Positions 50,785 through 62,499 of a stretch of DNA of 64,000 nucleotides are shown here, piece after piece. This DNA is from Chiloscyllium plagiosum (lineage: Eukaryota). The notes under the pieces are model-generated. The model did no database searches and was not told the origin of the DNA. It saw only the letters and a program-made list of their open reading frames with translations. The DNA is taken from assembly GCF_004010195.1 (NCBI RefSeq), contig NC_057749.1, forward strand, positions 6,229,933 through 6,293,932. The letters are read 5' to 3'. Positions within the stretch are counted from its first letter, which is position 1; each line of letters starts with the position of its first letter. The translations under genes and the position numbers were made by a program.

Positions 50785-51346
50785 GTTGAGACAGAGGTAC
50801 CAAGTGGTCTGCTCAGGGTCAATAAAGTAAATAGCTTGTGAGCCCTTGGCATTTTCTTTTAAGTTGGAACACTAGAAGCAGCCTGAATGGGTGTGGTCAA
50901 ACTCCCATAGAACCACAATTTTTAGCTTAACCTTTCTTCAGTTGCTAGAGTCTTGAAGCTAGGTGTGGAAGTTTTTATTTCTCTCGCTCTGTTACAACAA
51001 AAGCTGAAGGTTCTCTTGCTGCTAGAATTGCATGCGAGACAATCTGTTTAACTGAATTTGCCTTTGCCAAGGATGTGTTACTATATTGGAACAGTTAATT
51101 AGTAGTAGCTAATATGTATTATTTTGTTAATTATTTTTGACAGTTACAGTTAAGCTAAAGCTTTTCTTTTTTTATTTTGTCTGTATTTTAATTGTAGTGC
51201 AAAAATAACATGTCTTTTGCTTAAAGTCGAGCAGTTTGACCAATCAAATTTCATCTAGAATGCAACACCTTACACTTACCTTGGAAAAGTTATGGACTAG
51301 GCTACCTTCTTAATATATTTTGAGGTGTTTGGTCTGGTCGATAACA
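50785..51346 (+). mobile_element. LTR-like repeat (probable solo LTR remnant)
   Basis: Ends ggtctggtcgataaca (..CA); related antisense copy at 13141; 5' boundary uncertain. Confidence 0.5.
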
Positions 51347-51567
51347 AGACAACCGCATGCACAACATAGCTCTGGAAAACACGGAAAAATAGGGAAAATC
51401 CTTTGGATCGAGGGGTCAAACTAAAATGGTAGAGTGTGGAAACTTTCTCACAGTTTCTTCAGTTTCTTGTCCATGAGCTCACATTGATGTTGATGGTAGA
51501 ATTATGGCAAATGTCTATCTTCCAGTTCTCATGATCTATAACTACATCCATTCCCAGCATTTGTCAT

Positions 51568-51890
51568 AGGGTGGCATGGTGGTTCAGCAAATAGCACACA
51601 AGTGCCAAGGAACTGGGTTAGATTCCAGACTCCATGTCTGTGTGGAGTTTGAACATTCTCCCCATGTCTGTGCGGGTTTGCTCCAGTTTCTTCCCACAGT
51701 CCAAAGATGTGCAGATTAGGGTGGATTAGTCATGCTAAATTACCCCACACTGTCCAGGGATGTACAAGCTAGGTTGCTTTGCCATGGGAAATGCAGGGTT
51801 ATAGGGATAGGATACAGGGATCTGGGTGGGATGCTCTTCAGAGGTGCAGTGTGACCTGGAGGGCTGAATGGGCTGCTTCCATACTGTAGA
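51568..51890 (+). mobile_element. HE1-type SINE
   Basis: Head, V-domain, tail, followed by (taa)n. Confidence 0.87.
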
Positions 51891-52414
51891 CAGTAATAAT
51901 AATAATAATAATAACAAGAGCTTGCCAATACATAGCATGTCCCAGAGTGCTTCACAGGAAACAAATCTGACAATGAAATACCCAAAGAAATATTAGGATA
52001 GGCTAATGACAGGAACTTGATCAACAATGTAGATCTTATTCCATTTAAAAGTGGAGATAGTGATAGAGAGATATAAGGAAATCATTCTAGGGCTTATATA
52101 GGTCTGTAATATCAACTGCCTGGACCCTTACAGGAGCAAAATAATATCAAGGCCCAACAAGACGTTTGTATTAGAGAAGCATAGATACATTGAATGGTGC
52201 TGGAAGAGATTACAAAAATAGGAGAGATTGAGGATTTCAAAACAAGAATGAGAATTTTAAAACTGAGGTGTTGCTGGACCAGGGCTGACCAGTAGACAAA
52301 AGGGAAAATGGGGCTTGGTTCAGGTTGGAATATGAGCAGCAGAGTTTACGATGAGCTCAGACTCATCGGTGCAAGATGGGACATCGGCCAGGAGATTGCT
52401 GGAATAGTTGCAGT

Positions 52415-55400
52415 TGCAGTGGGAGGAGTGACAGCGAGGACCAGAGGCCCAATGGGAAGGTAGGAGCAGAGTTTAAAAACTTACCTCATGTATAGGCAGA
52501 GTGCACGCTGAGCAAGAGCGGACACAGGACTGCTGGGTAAGTGAAGCTTTATATATGGTTAGTTGCTTTACCTGAAACGCTACTCGGGTAGAGTCTCCTA
52601 CCCATCCTCCTCCTCGAACCGAAACAAATTCTTGCGCTGGATTGATAAGGTGACTAGTCTGTTTTTTTTCCCTCTCTTTTAGTTTTCAGTAGTCTTGGTG
52701 GGAATTTTGAATAGTGGGAATGGAGATTAGAGCAGTTGAATATTCCTCCTGAGGAACGTGGGGTGGCATGGTGGCTTAGTGGTTAGCACTACTGCCTTTC
52801 AGCACCAGGGTCCCAGGTTTGATTCCAGCCTTGGGCGACTGTCTGTGTGGAATTTACACATCCTCCCCGTGTGGGTTGCCTCCAGGTATTCCGGTTTCCT
52901 CCCACATTCCAAAGATGTGCAGACCAGGTGAGCTAGGTGAGACCTCTACAAACAGGATGGTCTTCACCTGAACCAGAGGGGTACCAATGGCCAGGTGAAT
53001 TGGCCATGCTAAATTGTTCATAGTTGTTAGGAGCATTAGTCAGAGGGGGGTGGGTTAGTCTTCGGAGGGTCAATGTGGACTTGTCGGGCCAAAGGGCCTG
53101 TTTCCACACTGCAGGGAACCTGTGTCACAAAGTCTCACCACTAGTGTCCCTGCTGACTGTATCTGTGGGAAGTGCATCCAACTCCAGGTCCTCGAAAACC
53201 ACGTTAGGGAGCTGGAGCTGGATGAATTACAGATCATTCAGGATGTGGAGGCGGTTATTGAGAAGAGTTACAGAGTCACACCTCAGGTAAAAGAAGAAGG
53301 TAGATGGGAGTGCAGGGATCCCCTGTGGCCATTCCCCTCAACAACAAGTATACCATTTTGGATACTTGGGCAACTTACCAGTGGTAAGCAATGGGGCACA
53401 GGTCTCTGGTACTGCTCAGAAGGGAAGGGGGAAGAGGAGCAGAGCATAAGTCATTAGGTATTCCATACTTAGGGGGACAGACAGGAAGTTTTGTGGGAAT
53501 GGGAGGGACTCACGGTTGGTGTGTTGCCTCCAGGTGCCAGGGTTCGTGATGTCTCTGATCGCGTTTTTGGGATCCTTGCTGGGGAGGGAGAGTAGCCCCA
53601 AGTCATGGTCCACATAGGCACCAACAACATAGGGAGGAATAGAGATGGGGACTTAAGGCAGAAATTCAGGGAGCTAGGGTGGAAGCTTAGAGCTAGAACA
53701 AACAGTTGTTATCTCTGGTTTGTTGCTCGTGCCACGTGCTAGTGGGGTGATGAACAGGGAGAGAGAGGAGTTGAACACGTGGCTGCAGAGATGGTGCAGG
53801 AGGGAGGGTTTTGGATTCCTGGATAATTGCGACTCTTTCTGAGCTAGGTGAGACCTCTACAAACAGGATGGTCTTCACCTGAACCAGAGGGGTACCAATA
53901 TCCTGGGGGGGAAATTTGCAAATGCTCTTCAGGTGGGTTTAAACTAATTCAGCAGGGGGATGAGAACCTAAACTGTAGTTTGAGTATAAAGAAGGCTGAG
54001 AGTAGGGAGGTCCGAAATAAGATTTCAGGGTCGCAAGAGGGCACCGGCAAGCAAAAAGTTGGTTTGAAGTGTGTCTGTTTCAATGCCAGGAGCATCTGGA
54101 ATAAGGTGGAGGAATTTGCAGCATGGGTCAGTACCTGGGATTTCGACGTTGTGGCCATTTCAGAGACATAGGTAGAGCAGGCTCAGGAATGATTGTTGCA
54201 TGTTCCAGGATTTAGGTATTGCAGTAGGAACAGAGAAGATGGTAAAAGAGGTAGGGGTATAGCATTGTTAGTTAAGGACAGTATTACGGTGGAGAAAGGA
54301 CATTTGAGGACTCATCAATTGAGGTAGTATGGGCTGAGATTAGAAACAGGAAAGGAGAGGCTACCCTGTTGGAAGCTTTCTATAGGCCTCCGAATAGTTC
54401 CAGAGATGTAGAGGATAGGATAGGAAGGATAATTCTGGATAGGAATGAGAATAACATGGTAGTTGTTATGGGGGACTTCAACTTCCTAAATATTGACTGG
54501 GAATACTACAGTTCAAGTACTTCAGATGGGTCAGTTTTTGTCCAATGTGTGCAGGAGGATTTTCTGACACAGTATGTAGACAGGTCAACAAGGGGCAAGG
54601 CCACATTAGAATTGGTATTGGGTAATGAACCTGGCCAGGTGTTAGATTTGGAGGTAGCTGAGCACTTTGGTGATAGTTACCACAATTCAGTTATCTTTAC
54701 TTTAGCGAAGGAAGGGAAAGGTATACATGGAGGGTAAAGCTACAGCTGGGGAAAGGCAATTACAATGCGATTAGACAAGATTTAGGATATATAGGGTGGG
54801 GAAGGAAACTGCAGGGAATGGGCACAATAGAAATGTGGAGTTTATTCAAGGAACAACTACTGTGTGTCTTTGATAAGTTTGTACCGGTCAGATAGGGAGG
54901 AAGTTGTCGAGCACAGGATCCATGGTTTACTAAGAAAGTTGAATTTCTTGTCAAGAGAATGAAGAAGGCTGACGTTAGGATGAGATGTGAAGGCTCAGTT
55001 AGAGCGATTGAGAGTTATAAGGTAGCCAGAAAAAACCTAAAGAGAGAGCTCAGCCGAGCGAGGAGGGGACATGAGACATCATTGGTGGATAGGATCAGGG
55101 AAAACCCTCAGGCCTTCTATGGTATATAAGGGATAAAAGAATGACTAGAGTAAGATTAGGGTCAATCAGGGAGGCAGTAGGAAGTTGTGCGTGGAGTCAA
55201 AGGAGCTAGGGAAAGTTCTAAATGAATATTTTTCATCAGTATTCACACTGGAAAAAGATAATGTTGTCGAGAGAATATTGAGAAACAGGCTATTAGATGA
55301 GATGGGATTGAGGTTCACAAGGAGGAGGTGTTAGAAATTCTGGAAAGTGTGAAAATAGATAAATCCCCTGGGCCAGATGAGATTTATCCTAGGATACTTT

Positions 55401-56880
55401 GGGAAACCAGGGAGGAGATTGCCGAGCCTTTGGCTTTGATTTTTATGTTGTCATTGTCAACAAGAATAGTACCAGAAGACTGGAGGATAGCAAATATTGT
55501 TCCCTTGTTCAAGGAGGGGAGAAGAGATAACCCTGGTAATTATAGACCAGTGAATCTTACATCGGTTGAGGGTAAAGTGTTGGAAAAGGTTAGAAGAGAT
55601 AGGATTTATAATTATCTCGATAGGCATAAGTTGAATAGGGATAGTCAACACGGTTTTGTGGAGGGGAGGTCATGCCTCACAAACCTTATTGAGTTCTTTG
55701 AGAAGGTGACCAAACAGATAGATGAGGGTAAAGCAGTTGATGTGGTTTATATGGATTTCAGTAAAGCATTTGATAAGATTCTCCATGGTATGCTACTGCA
55801 CAAAATACAGAGGAATAGGATTGAGGGTGATTTAGTAGTTTGGATCTGAGAGAAATTGGCTAACTGAAAGAAGACAGAGGGTGGTAGTTAATGGGAAATG
55901 TTCAGCCTGGAGTTCAGTAACTAGTGATGTACCACAAGGATCTGTTTTGTCATTTTTATAAATGACCCAGACGAAGGTGTAAAAGGATGGGTTAGTACAT
56001 TTGTGGGCAACACTAAGGTTGGTAGAGTTGTGGATAGTGCCAAAGGATGTTGTAGGTTACAGAGGTACATAAATATGCTGCAGAGCTAGGCTGAGAGGTG
56101 GCAAATGAATTTTAATGCAGAAAAGTGTGAGGTGATTCACTTTGGAAGGAGGTACAGAAATGCAGAGTACTGGACAAACAGTAAGATTCTTGGTAGTGTA
56201 GATGAGCATAGATGTGCGTAGATCCCTCGAAGCTGCCACCCAGGTTGATAGGGCTGTTAAGAAGGCATACGGGGTGTTAGCTTTTATGAGTAGAGGGATC
56301 GAGTTTCAGAACCATGAGGTCATGCTGCAGCTGTACAGGACTCTGGTGCGGCCGCACTTGGAGTATTGTGTGAAGTTCTGGTCATTGCATAGGAAGGATG
56401 TGGAAGCTTTGGAAATGGTTCAGAGGAGATTTACTAGGATGTAACCTGGTATGGAGAGAAGATCTTATGAGGAAAGGTTGTGGGCATTGAGGCTGTTTTC
56501 ATTACAGAGAAGAAGGTTGAGAGCTGATTTATTTGAGACATATAAGATAATTGGAGGGTTAGATCGGGTGGACAGTGAGACCCTTTTTCCTCGGATGGTG
56601 ATGGCTAGCACGAGGGGGCATAGCTTCAACTTGAGGGGTGATAGATATAGGAGAGGGGTCAGAGGTAGTTTCTTTACTCAGAGAGCAATAAGGCATGGAA
56701 CATACTGCCTGCAACAGTTGTAGACTCGCCAATGTTATGGGCATTTAAATGGTCATTGGATAGGCATATGGATGAGAATGAAATAGTATAGGTTAGATGG
56801 GCTTCAGATTGGTTTCACTGGATGGTGCAACATTGAGGGCCAAAGGGCTATACTGTGCTGTAATGTTCTGTGTTCTATAG
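52415..56880 (+). mobile_element. Near-full-length decayed CR1 LINE (5' UTR, ORF1 zinc-finger/zipper plus SGNH esterase, ORF2 APE plus RT, 3' UTR)
   Basis: ORF1 CICGKC..LENHVRELEL, HIGTNN, DGLHLN; ORF2 NARSI, ISET, YRPPN, MGDFN, NYRPVNLTS, YMDFSKAFD; many stops and frameshifts. Confidence 0.93.
52760..53120 (+). mobile_element. HE1-type SINE inserted in CR1 ORF1
   Basis: Head, V-domain, tail; itself interrupted at 52930-52990. Confidence 0.9.
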
Positions 56881-57716
56881 TTATGCTAAGGAAGGCATAG
56901 AAACAATTATCCTTTTTAATGAGTTTTCATTATGAGCATATTGTTCCAAAATCGCTGTGCTTACCCTTCCAGTATCTTCCCAGAATGTCAGAAATGCCAG
57001 TTTGAAAAGGAGTGAAAAACCCGTCAACTGGATGCCTACAAGATTACTGATAGGTGCTGCTGATATTTTAAGTTTAATGGATCGCAACAGGGTAGTCACA
57101 CAATCTGTGAGCCCCTGCACACTGTTAGAACAAAGATGTTGGCTTAATAAAAACACACAGACACTGGTGATCTGAGCAAAGAATGTACCTGTTCTGAAAG
57201 CATTTTAACATGTTATGGATTATGTCTATGTGCATTTTTAAATTTAAAATCAAACGTAGGCACAACTATGTATGCTTGCTGTCTTATTTGGCCAATTCAG
57301 GGAATAAATATTTCTCTGCTTCCACTGTTCTCAGAATTTACTGTGAAGTCTATTTACTCACATTAATTCATTTCCTCGAATTCTATTTCAAAGATGCGTG
57401 GCCAGAATACAGATGCATCAGGATAAGTAAATGGCTTTTAGTTCTGCTGCTTCGCAGATTCATATTCATGGTCCATTCTAAAGCATTCCTTGTTAATGCC
57501 ATACTTTTGCCAATTTGCTGTGTTAAATGCTTGCATACAGGGCCAGACAGCTCACTAGCAACCAAAAACTGGTTGCAGCATTCTGTTTAACTTCTCTTTA
57601 CTATGAAGTCCAAAGTTTTGCATATAATACACATTATATGCACACTCACTGTGGCATTTTCCCCGACACACGTCAGACTCTTTTGGCAGAGCAGAATGTG
57701 CCCTATTCATTTTTCA

Positions 57717-57915
57717 AACATCACATGCCACTATGTTATAGTCCAACAGGATTATTTGAAAACAAAAGCTTTCACAGTCTCACTCCTTCGTCTGAGGCTC
57801 CTTCTTTCAAGTCTCCGAAGTCTTGTGTTTAAAAATAAACCTGTTGGAGTATAACACGGTGTTGTGTGATTTGACTTTGTCCACCCCAGTCCTATGCCAG
57901 CACCTCCATGTCACG
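57717..57915. mobile_element. Short fold-back element of the 4172-5809 family
   Basis: gttatagtccaacagg ... cctgttggagtataac arms; flanked by ctattcattttt / ctattctttttt. Confidence 0.7.
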
Positions 57916-57945
57916 GCTATTCTTTTTTGACGAAGATTATTGATT

Positions 57946-58262
57946 ATTGATTCCCTACAGTTGTGGAGACAGGTCCTTTGGCCCAACAAATCCACACCAA
58001 CCCTCCAAAGAACAACCCACCCAGACACATTCCCCTACATTTACCCCTGACTAATGCACCGAACACTACAGGCAATTTAGCATGGCTAATTCACCTGACC
58101 TGCACATCTTTGAACTGTGGGAGGAAACCGGTGCACCTGGAGGAAACCCACACAGACACTGAGAGAATGTGCAAACTCCACACAGACAGTCATCCAAGGC
58201 TGGAATTGAACCTGGGACCCTGGTGCTGTAAGGCAGCAGTGCTAACCACTGAAAGCGCTACC
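57946..58262 (-). mobile_element. HE1-type SINE
   Basis: Tail, V-domain, head. Confidence 0.9.
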
Positions 58263-58939
58263 TTGGGAGGTTGATGTAGTGGTGAAAGGGGAAGTTGTGA
58301 GTTTATTTCCCCATTAACTTCATGTAGTAATAGTTTTATTGTAGCAAAGGCAAAGAGTTCCAAGAGGATTATGTTTAATATAACTGCATCAAAATTTCAG
58401 CACAGGAACAGATACAGGTTCCAGTATTTATGTTGCACACAAGCCTCTTCCTGCTTTATCCTATCTAATGCTTTAAGTGTATTCTGCTCCTGCCTTCTCC
58501 TTTATGCACTCGTTTGATGTTCCCTTAAATATAAGCTGCCTCTGCCAATCGACGTGATGGAAGTTCCACATTCTAATCACTTCGGTCAGAATGACATTTC
58601 CTAATTGCTGCAGAGAAAGATGGTTTGATGGAGTTTTTCATCCTACACTCATCAGAATGTCAGATTTCAAACAGCGTTCCGAAAGTTTGTGATTTCAAGG
58701 AAACCCATTGGACTATAACCTGGTGTAGTGTGACTTCTGACTTTGTCCACCCCAGTCCAACACTGGCACCTCTACATCAAGATTTCAAACAATCGCAGCC
58801 TTCTGTGCTGCAGGAGGAAAGGGCTGTGGTTGGATGGCAAGTCGACTCTGATTGACCAAGTTGTTGCCACGGAAAAATGCAAAACAGAACTGGAGGCTCA
58901 TCAAATTCCCAAGTCTTTCGGAAAGCATATAAGGCTTGG

Positions 58940-59160
58940 ACACAGGTAGTTCATGTGTGGAATGAACTTCCTGAGGGAGTGATGGATGTGGGTACAGTTA
59001 CAATGTTTGAAAAACATTTGGGTAAGTACATGAATAGGAAAGGTTTGAAGGGATATAGGTCAGGAGCAGGCTGGTGGGACTAGTTTAGTTTGGGATTATG
59101 GTCGGCATGGACTGGTTGGATAGTAGGGTCTGTTGCTGTGCCGTATGACTCGATGACTCT
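58940..59160 (+). mobile_element. CR1 3' fragment
   Basis: VWNELPEGVMDVGTVTMFEKHLGKYMNRKG. Confidence 0.85.
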
Positions 59161-59567
59161 TTGACAGGTCTCTGTGTATGAATGCGTCTTGCTCTTGGTA
59201 AGCATGAATTAGCAAGTTTGATTGATTATCGTCAACTGGTTAAATTCTTGTTGAATTTATCAGTAATTACCTTATACCTAAGCCATCTGGTTTTGAGAGT
59301 CCCAACAATCTCAACAAGGTTGCATCTTCTCTACCTATCACATACCATATTAAAGCCTGCACTTAAAAATCGCACCTTTAAGGATAATTCTTCTACTGAA
59401 TTAAAAGAGAAACATATTTGTTACCTCACAGGATGATTAAACCAATTATCTTAGACTTTTTCATTTGGATCTAATGACGCGGTGTCATGAATTCTTTCAG
59501 TCACATGTAAGTACATTGAATATGCAATCAAACCATCGCCCAATCATCACAATGTAATAGACACACT

Positions 59568-60002
59568 GAGTCATAGAGATGTACAGCAAGGAAACAGACT
59601 CTTCAGTCCAACTCATCCTTGCCGACCAGATATCCTAAATTAATCTAGTCCCTCAAAATCCCTATTATTCACGATCCCATCCCGATGCCTTTTAAATGTT
59701 ACATTTGTATGAGCCTCCACCACTTCCTCTGGCACCCCATTCTATACATGCACCACCTCTGCATGAAAATGCTGCCCCTCAGGTCCCTTTTAAATCTTTC
59801 CCATCTAGTTTTGTACTCCCCTCCCCTGAGGAAAAGACCTTGTCTATTTACCCGATCCATGCCCCTCATGATTATATAAACCTCTATAAGGTCACCCCTC
59901 AGCCTCCGACACTCCAGGGAAAACAGTCCCATCCTGTTCGGCCTCTTCCTATAGCTCAAATCCTCCAACACTGGCAACATCCTTGTAAATCACTTCTGAA
60001 CC
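59568..60002 (-). mobile_element. CR1 3' fragment
   Basis: GLFSLECRRLRGDLIEVY. Confidence 0.88.
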
Positions 60003-60169
60003 AGTTACATGTTCAAGCTCTCCTAATTATATAGTTAAGGGATCCCACTTTATCCCTTAAATCACTCTTTTTTATAATTCTAATTTTTAATGATGCTGTA
60101 TAGTCTTGCAATTTGTTCAGTTTGTCTTCAGTTTTTGTTTTCATGTGATGGGAGTGTCACTGGCTAGCT

Positions 60170-60620
60170 GAAACTGTGTTGCTGGAAAAGCGCTTCAGGT
60201 CAGGCAGCATCCAAGGAGCAGGAGAATCGACGTTTTGGGCATGAGCCCTTCTTCAGGAATGAGGAAAGGGTGCCAAGCAGGCTAAGAAAAAAGGTAGGGA
60301 GGAGGGACTTGGGGGAGGGGCGTTGGAAATGCGATAGGTGGAAGGAGGTCAAAACCTGCATGTCCTTGGTGGAGTGGGAGGGGGAGTTGAAGTGTTGAGC
60401 CACGCGGTGGTTGGGTTGGTTGGTCCGGATGTCCCAGAGGTGTTCTCTGAAACGTTCCACAAGTAGGTAGCCTGTCTCCCCAATATAGAGGAGGCCACAT
60501 CGGGTGCAGCGGATGCAGTAAATGACGTGTGTGGAGGTGCAGGTGAATTTGTGGCAGATATGGAAGTGTCCCTTGGGGCCTTGGAGGGAAGTAAGGGGGG
60601 AGGTGTGGGCGCAAGTTTTG
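60170..60620 (-). mobile_element. Penelope-like element fragment, internally deleted
   Basis: ERFREHLWDIRTNQPNHRVAQHFNSPSHS; ctatattggggagacagg (YIGETG). Confidence 0.87.
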
Positions 60621-61004
60621 TCACTGGGCCAACATTTATTGCCTATCCCTAATTGCCCAGTCGACAGTGAAGAGTCAACAACATTACACTCTTTATACTT
60701 AATTCTAGCATCTGATTATGGTCCTAATACTTCACGCCCTCTTAACATTATTCTTCCCAACAGTGAGCCATATTTAAGACCATAAGCCAAAATGTTTTGA
60801 GATGTGATGGAATTTATTCTCCCAGAAGAGAGTGAACGTCTGGAATTCTCTATACCAGAGAGTTGTGGAGGTTAAATCACTGAAAGTATTTGAAGAGGAA
60901 GTGATAGATTTTTTCATGTTTCATGGAGTTGACCGCAGGGGTTGAGGCCTGGGTCAGAACACCCAGGATCTTTTTGAATGGCAGGAGGTGATGGCCAAGT
61001 GGTA

Positions 61005-61510
61005 ATGGGGAAGCAATGGCCAAGTGGTATTATCACTGGACCGTTAATCCAGAGACCCATGTTCCAGGGGAACTGGCTTCAAATCTCTGCCACGCCAGAG
61101 GGTAGAATTTGAATTTAATAAATATCTGGAATTAATGAGTCTGATGATGACTATGATTTGTTTGTTGCAGAAAAACCCATCTAGTTCACTAATGTCCCTT
61201 ACAAAAAGAAACTGCCATCCTTACTGGGTCTGCCCTACATGTGACTCCACATTGACAACAATGTGGTAGACTCTTAACTAGGAGAAGGTGAGGACTGCAG
61301 ATGCTGGAGATTAAAGATTCGAATGCTGCTGGAAAAGTACAGCAGGTCAGGCATCATCCAAGGAGGAGGAGAATCAACGTTTCAGGTAGGAACCCTTCAT
61401 CAGAAAAGGACTCCTTCCTGACTCTTAACTACCCTCTGGGCAATTAAGGATAGGCAATAAATGCTGACCTGGCCAGAGACACCCATATCCTGTAAATGAA
61501 TAATAATAAA
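61005..61510 (+). mobile_element. Second tRNA-derived SINE with a nested Penelope-type repeat (61281-61419, minus)
   Basis: 12-bp TSD gactcttaacta at 61269-61280 and 61420-61431. Confidence 0.85.
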
Positions 61511-61581
61511 AACAGACCACCTTGAGGGGCTGAATGGCCTCCTCCTGCTTTATGATAGTTCACAATATGTTTCTGCGTCAG

Positions 61582-61789
61582 GAGACTTGATGATTATCTT
61601 GGAATTGAAACAGAAGGTGTATTGCTGACCCATGCTGACCTAGCAGGGCTGAATCAGATGGCAGCTGGTGACAGGCAAAGAGCCTTGAAGAATTCTGTCT
61701 CTGATACACGGCTGTCAATGGGGAGCAATACAAATTTCAAGAATGAGTCCATTCAATTGCTCGATGTCGTTAACAAACGCTCTAATTAG
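61582..61789 (+). CDS. Candidate terminal coding exon of an unknown protein
   Basis: Acceptor tgtttctgcgtcag, 68 open codons RLDDYLGIETEGVLLTHADLAGLNQM...KRSN*. Confidence 0.25.
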
Positions 61790-62139
61790 TGGTTGAAAAA
61801 ATGAAGACTCTGTTCAACAATCAGCAAAAATAATAACAAAAGACTCAGCCGTTCTGAGGAGATCAAGGTGGTGTTTACTGCACATGTGTGAGCTTGTTAC
61901 TTTTCCAATCAGGCATGAACTGTAACTCTTATGGAGAGAAGGCTCCAAGCTCTTTCCATTAATGTCAGCTGGTTTAAAAAAAAATTACTCTTCAAAGCAA
62001 ATCACATCTCCATTATCCAGGCTTCATTACTCAGCTTGTTCCTCTCTGAATGCCTTCTGATTTACCACAGAGCGACATGTGCAGTCTGACAGCAATAAAC
62101 CAGGAGCTGCACCCAGGAGACAGTCATATATATACTCAA

Positions 62140-62480
62140 GAAGGACGTGCATTTATATAGAATCGTTCACAACCACGGCAAAGGAAAATTTCTTTCCGAC
62201 TTTAGTTGCTGGTGCAGTGTAGGAAGGACAGCAGTCAATTTGCGCACAGCAAGCTTCCGCAAACCACACTCTGATGGTGATCAGATTATCTCTGCTGATG
62301 ACTGAAGGTTAAATATTGGCCAGACACCACACATAAGTACTATACAACTCTGCAAAAGTTTGTCATAGGATCCATCAGAAAGCCCTCAGCATAATCTCAT
62401 GTCTAGAAGATGGCTTTGCTGAGGTGTGGCAGAATCTCTCAGTACTGCAAAGAAGCATCACTGTTGATTGTTCTGGACAG
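62140..62480 (-). mobile_element. Old DeuSINE/AmnSINE-like remnant
   Basis: gcatttatatag, aatttgcgcacagcaag, aaatattggccagacacc, ctcagtactgca. Confidence 0.5.
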
Positions 62481-62499
62481 ATGAATTCAACTCCTGACC

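Noticed and set aside
52415..56880. Active CR1 with intact ORFs
   Set aside because: Multiple stops, frameshifts, deletions in the RT region and a SINE insertion in ORF1
57210..57590. 126-aa plus-strand ORF
   Set aside because: Composition typical of chance AT-rich frames; no motif or consistent splice sites
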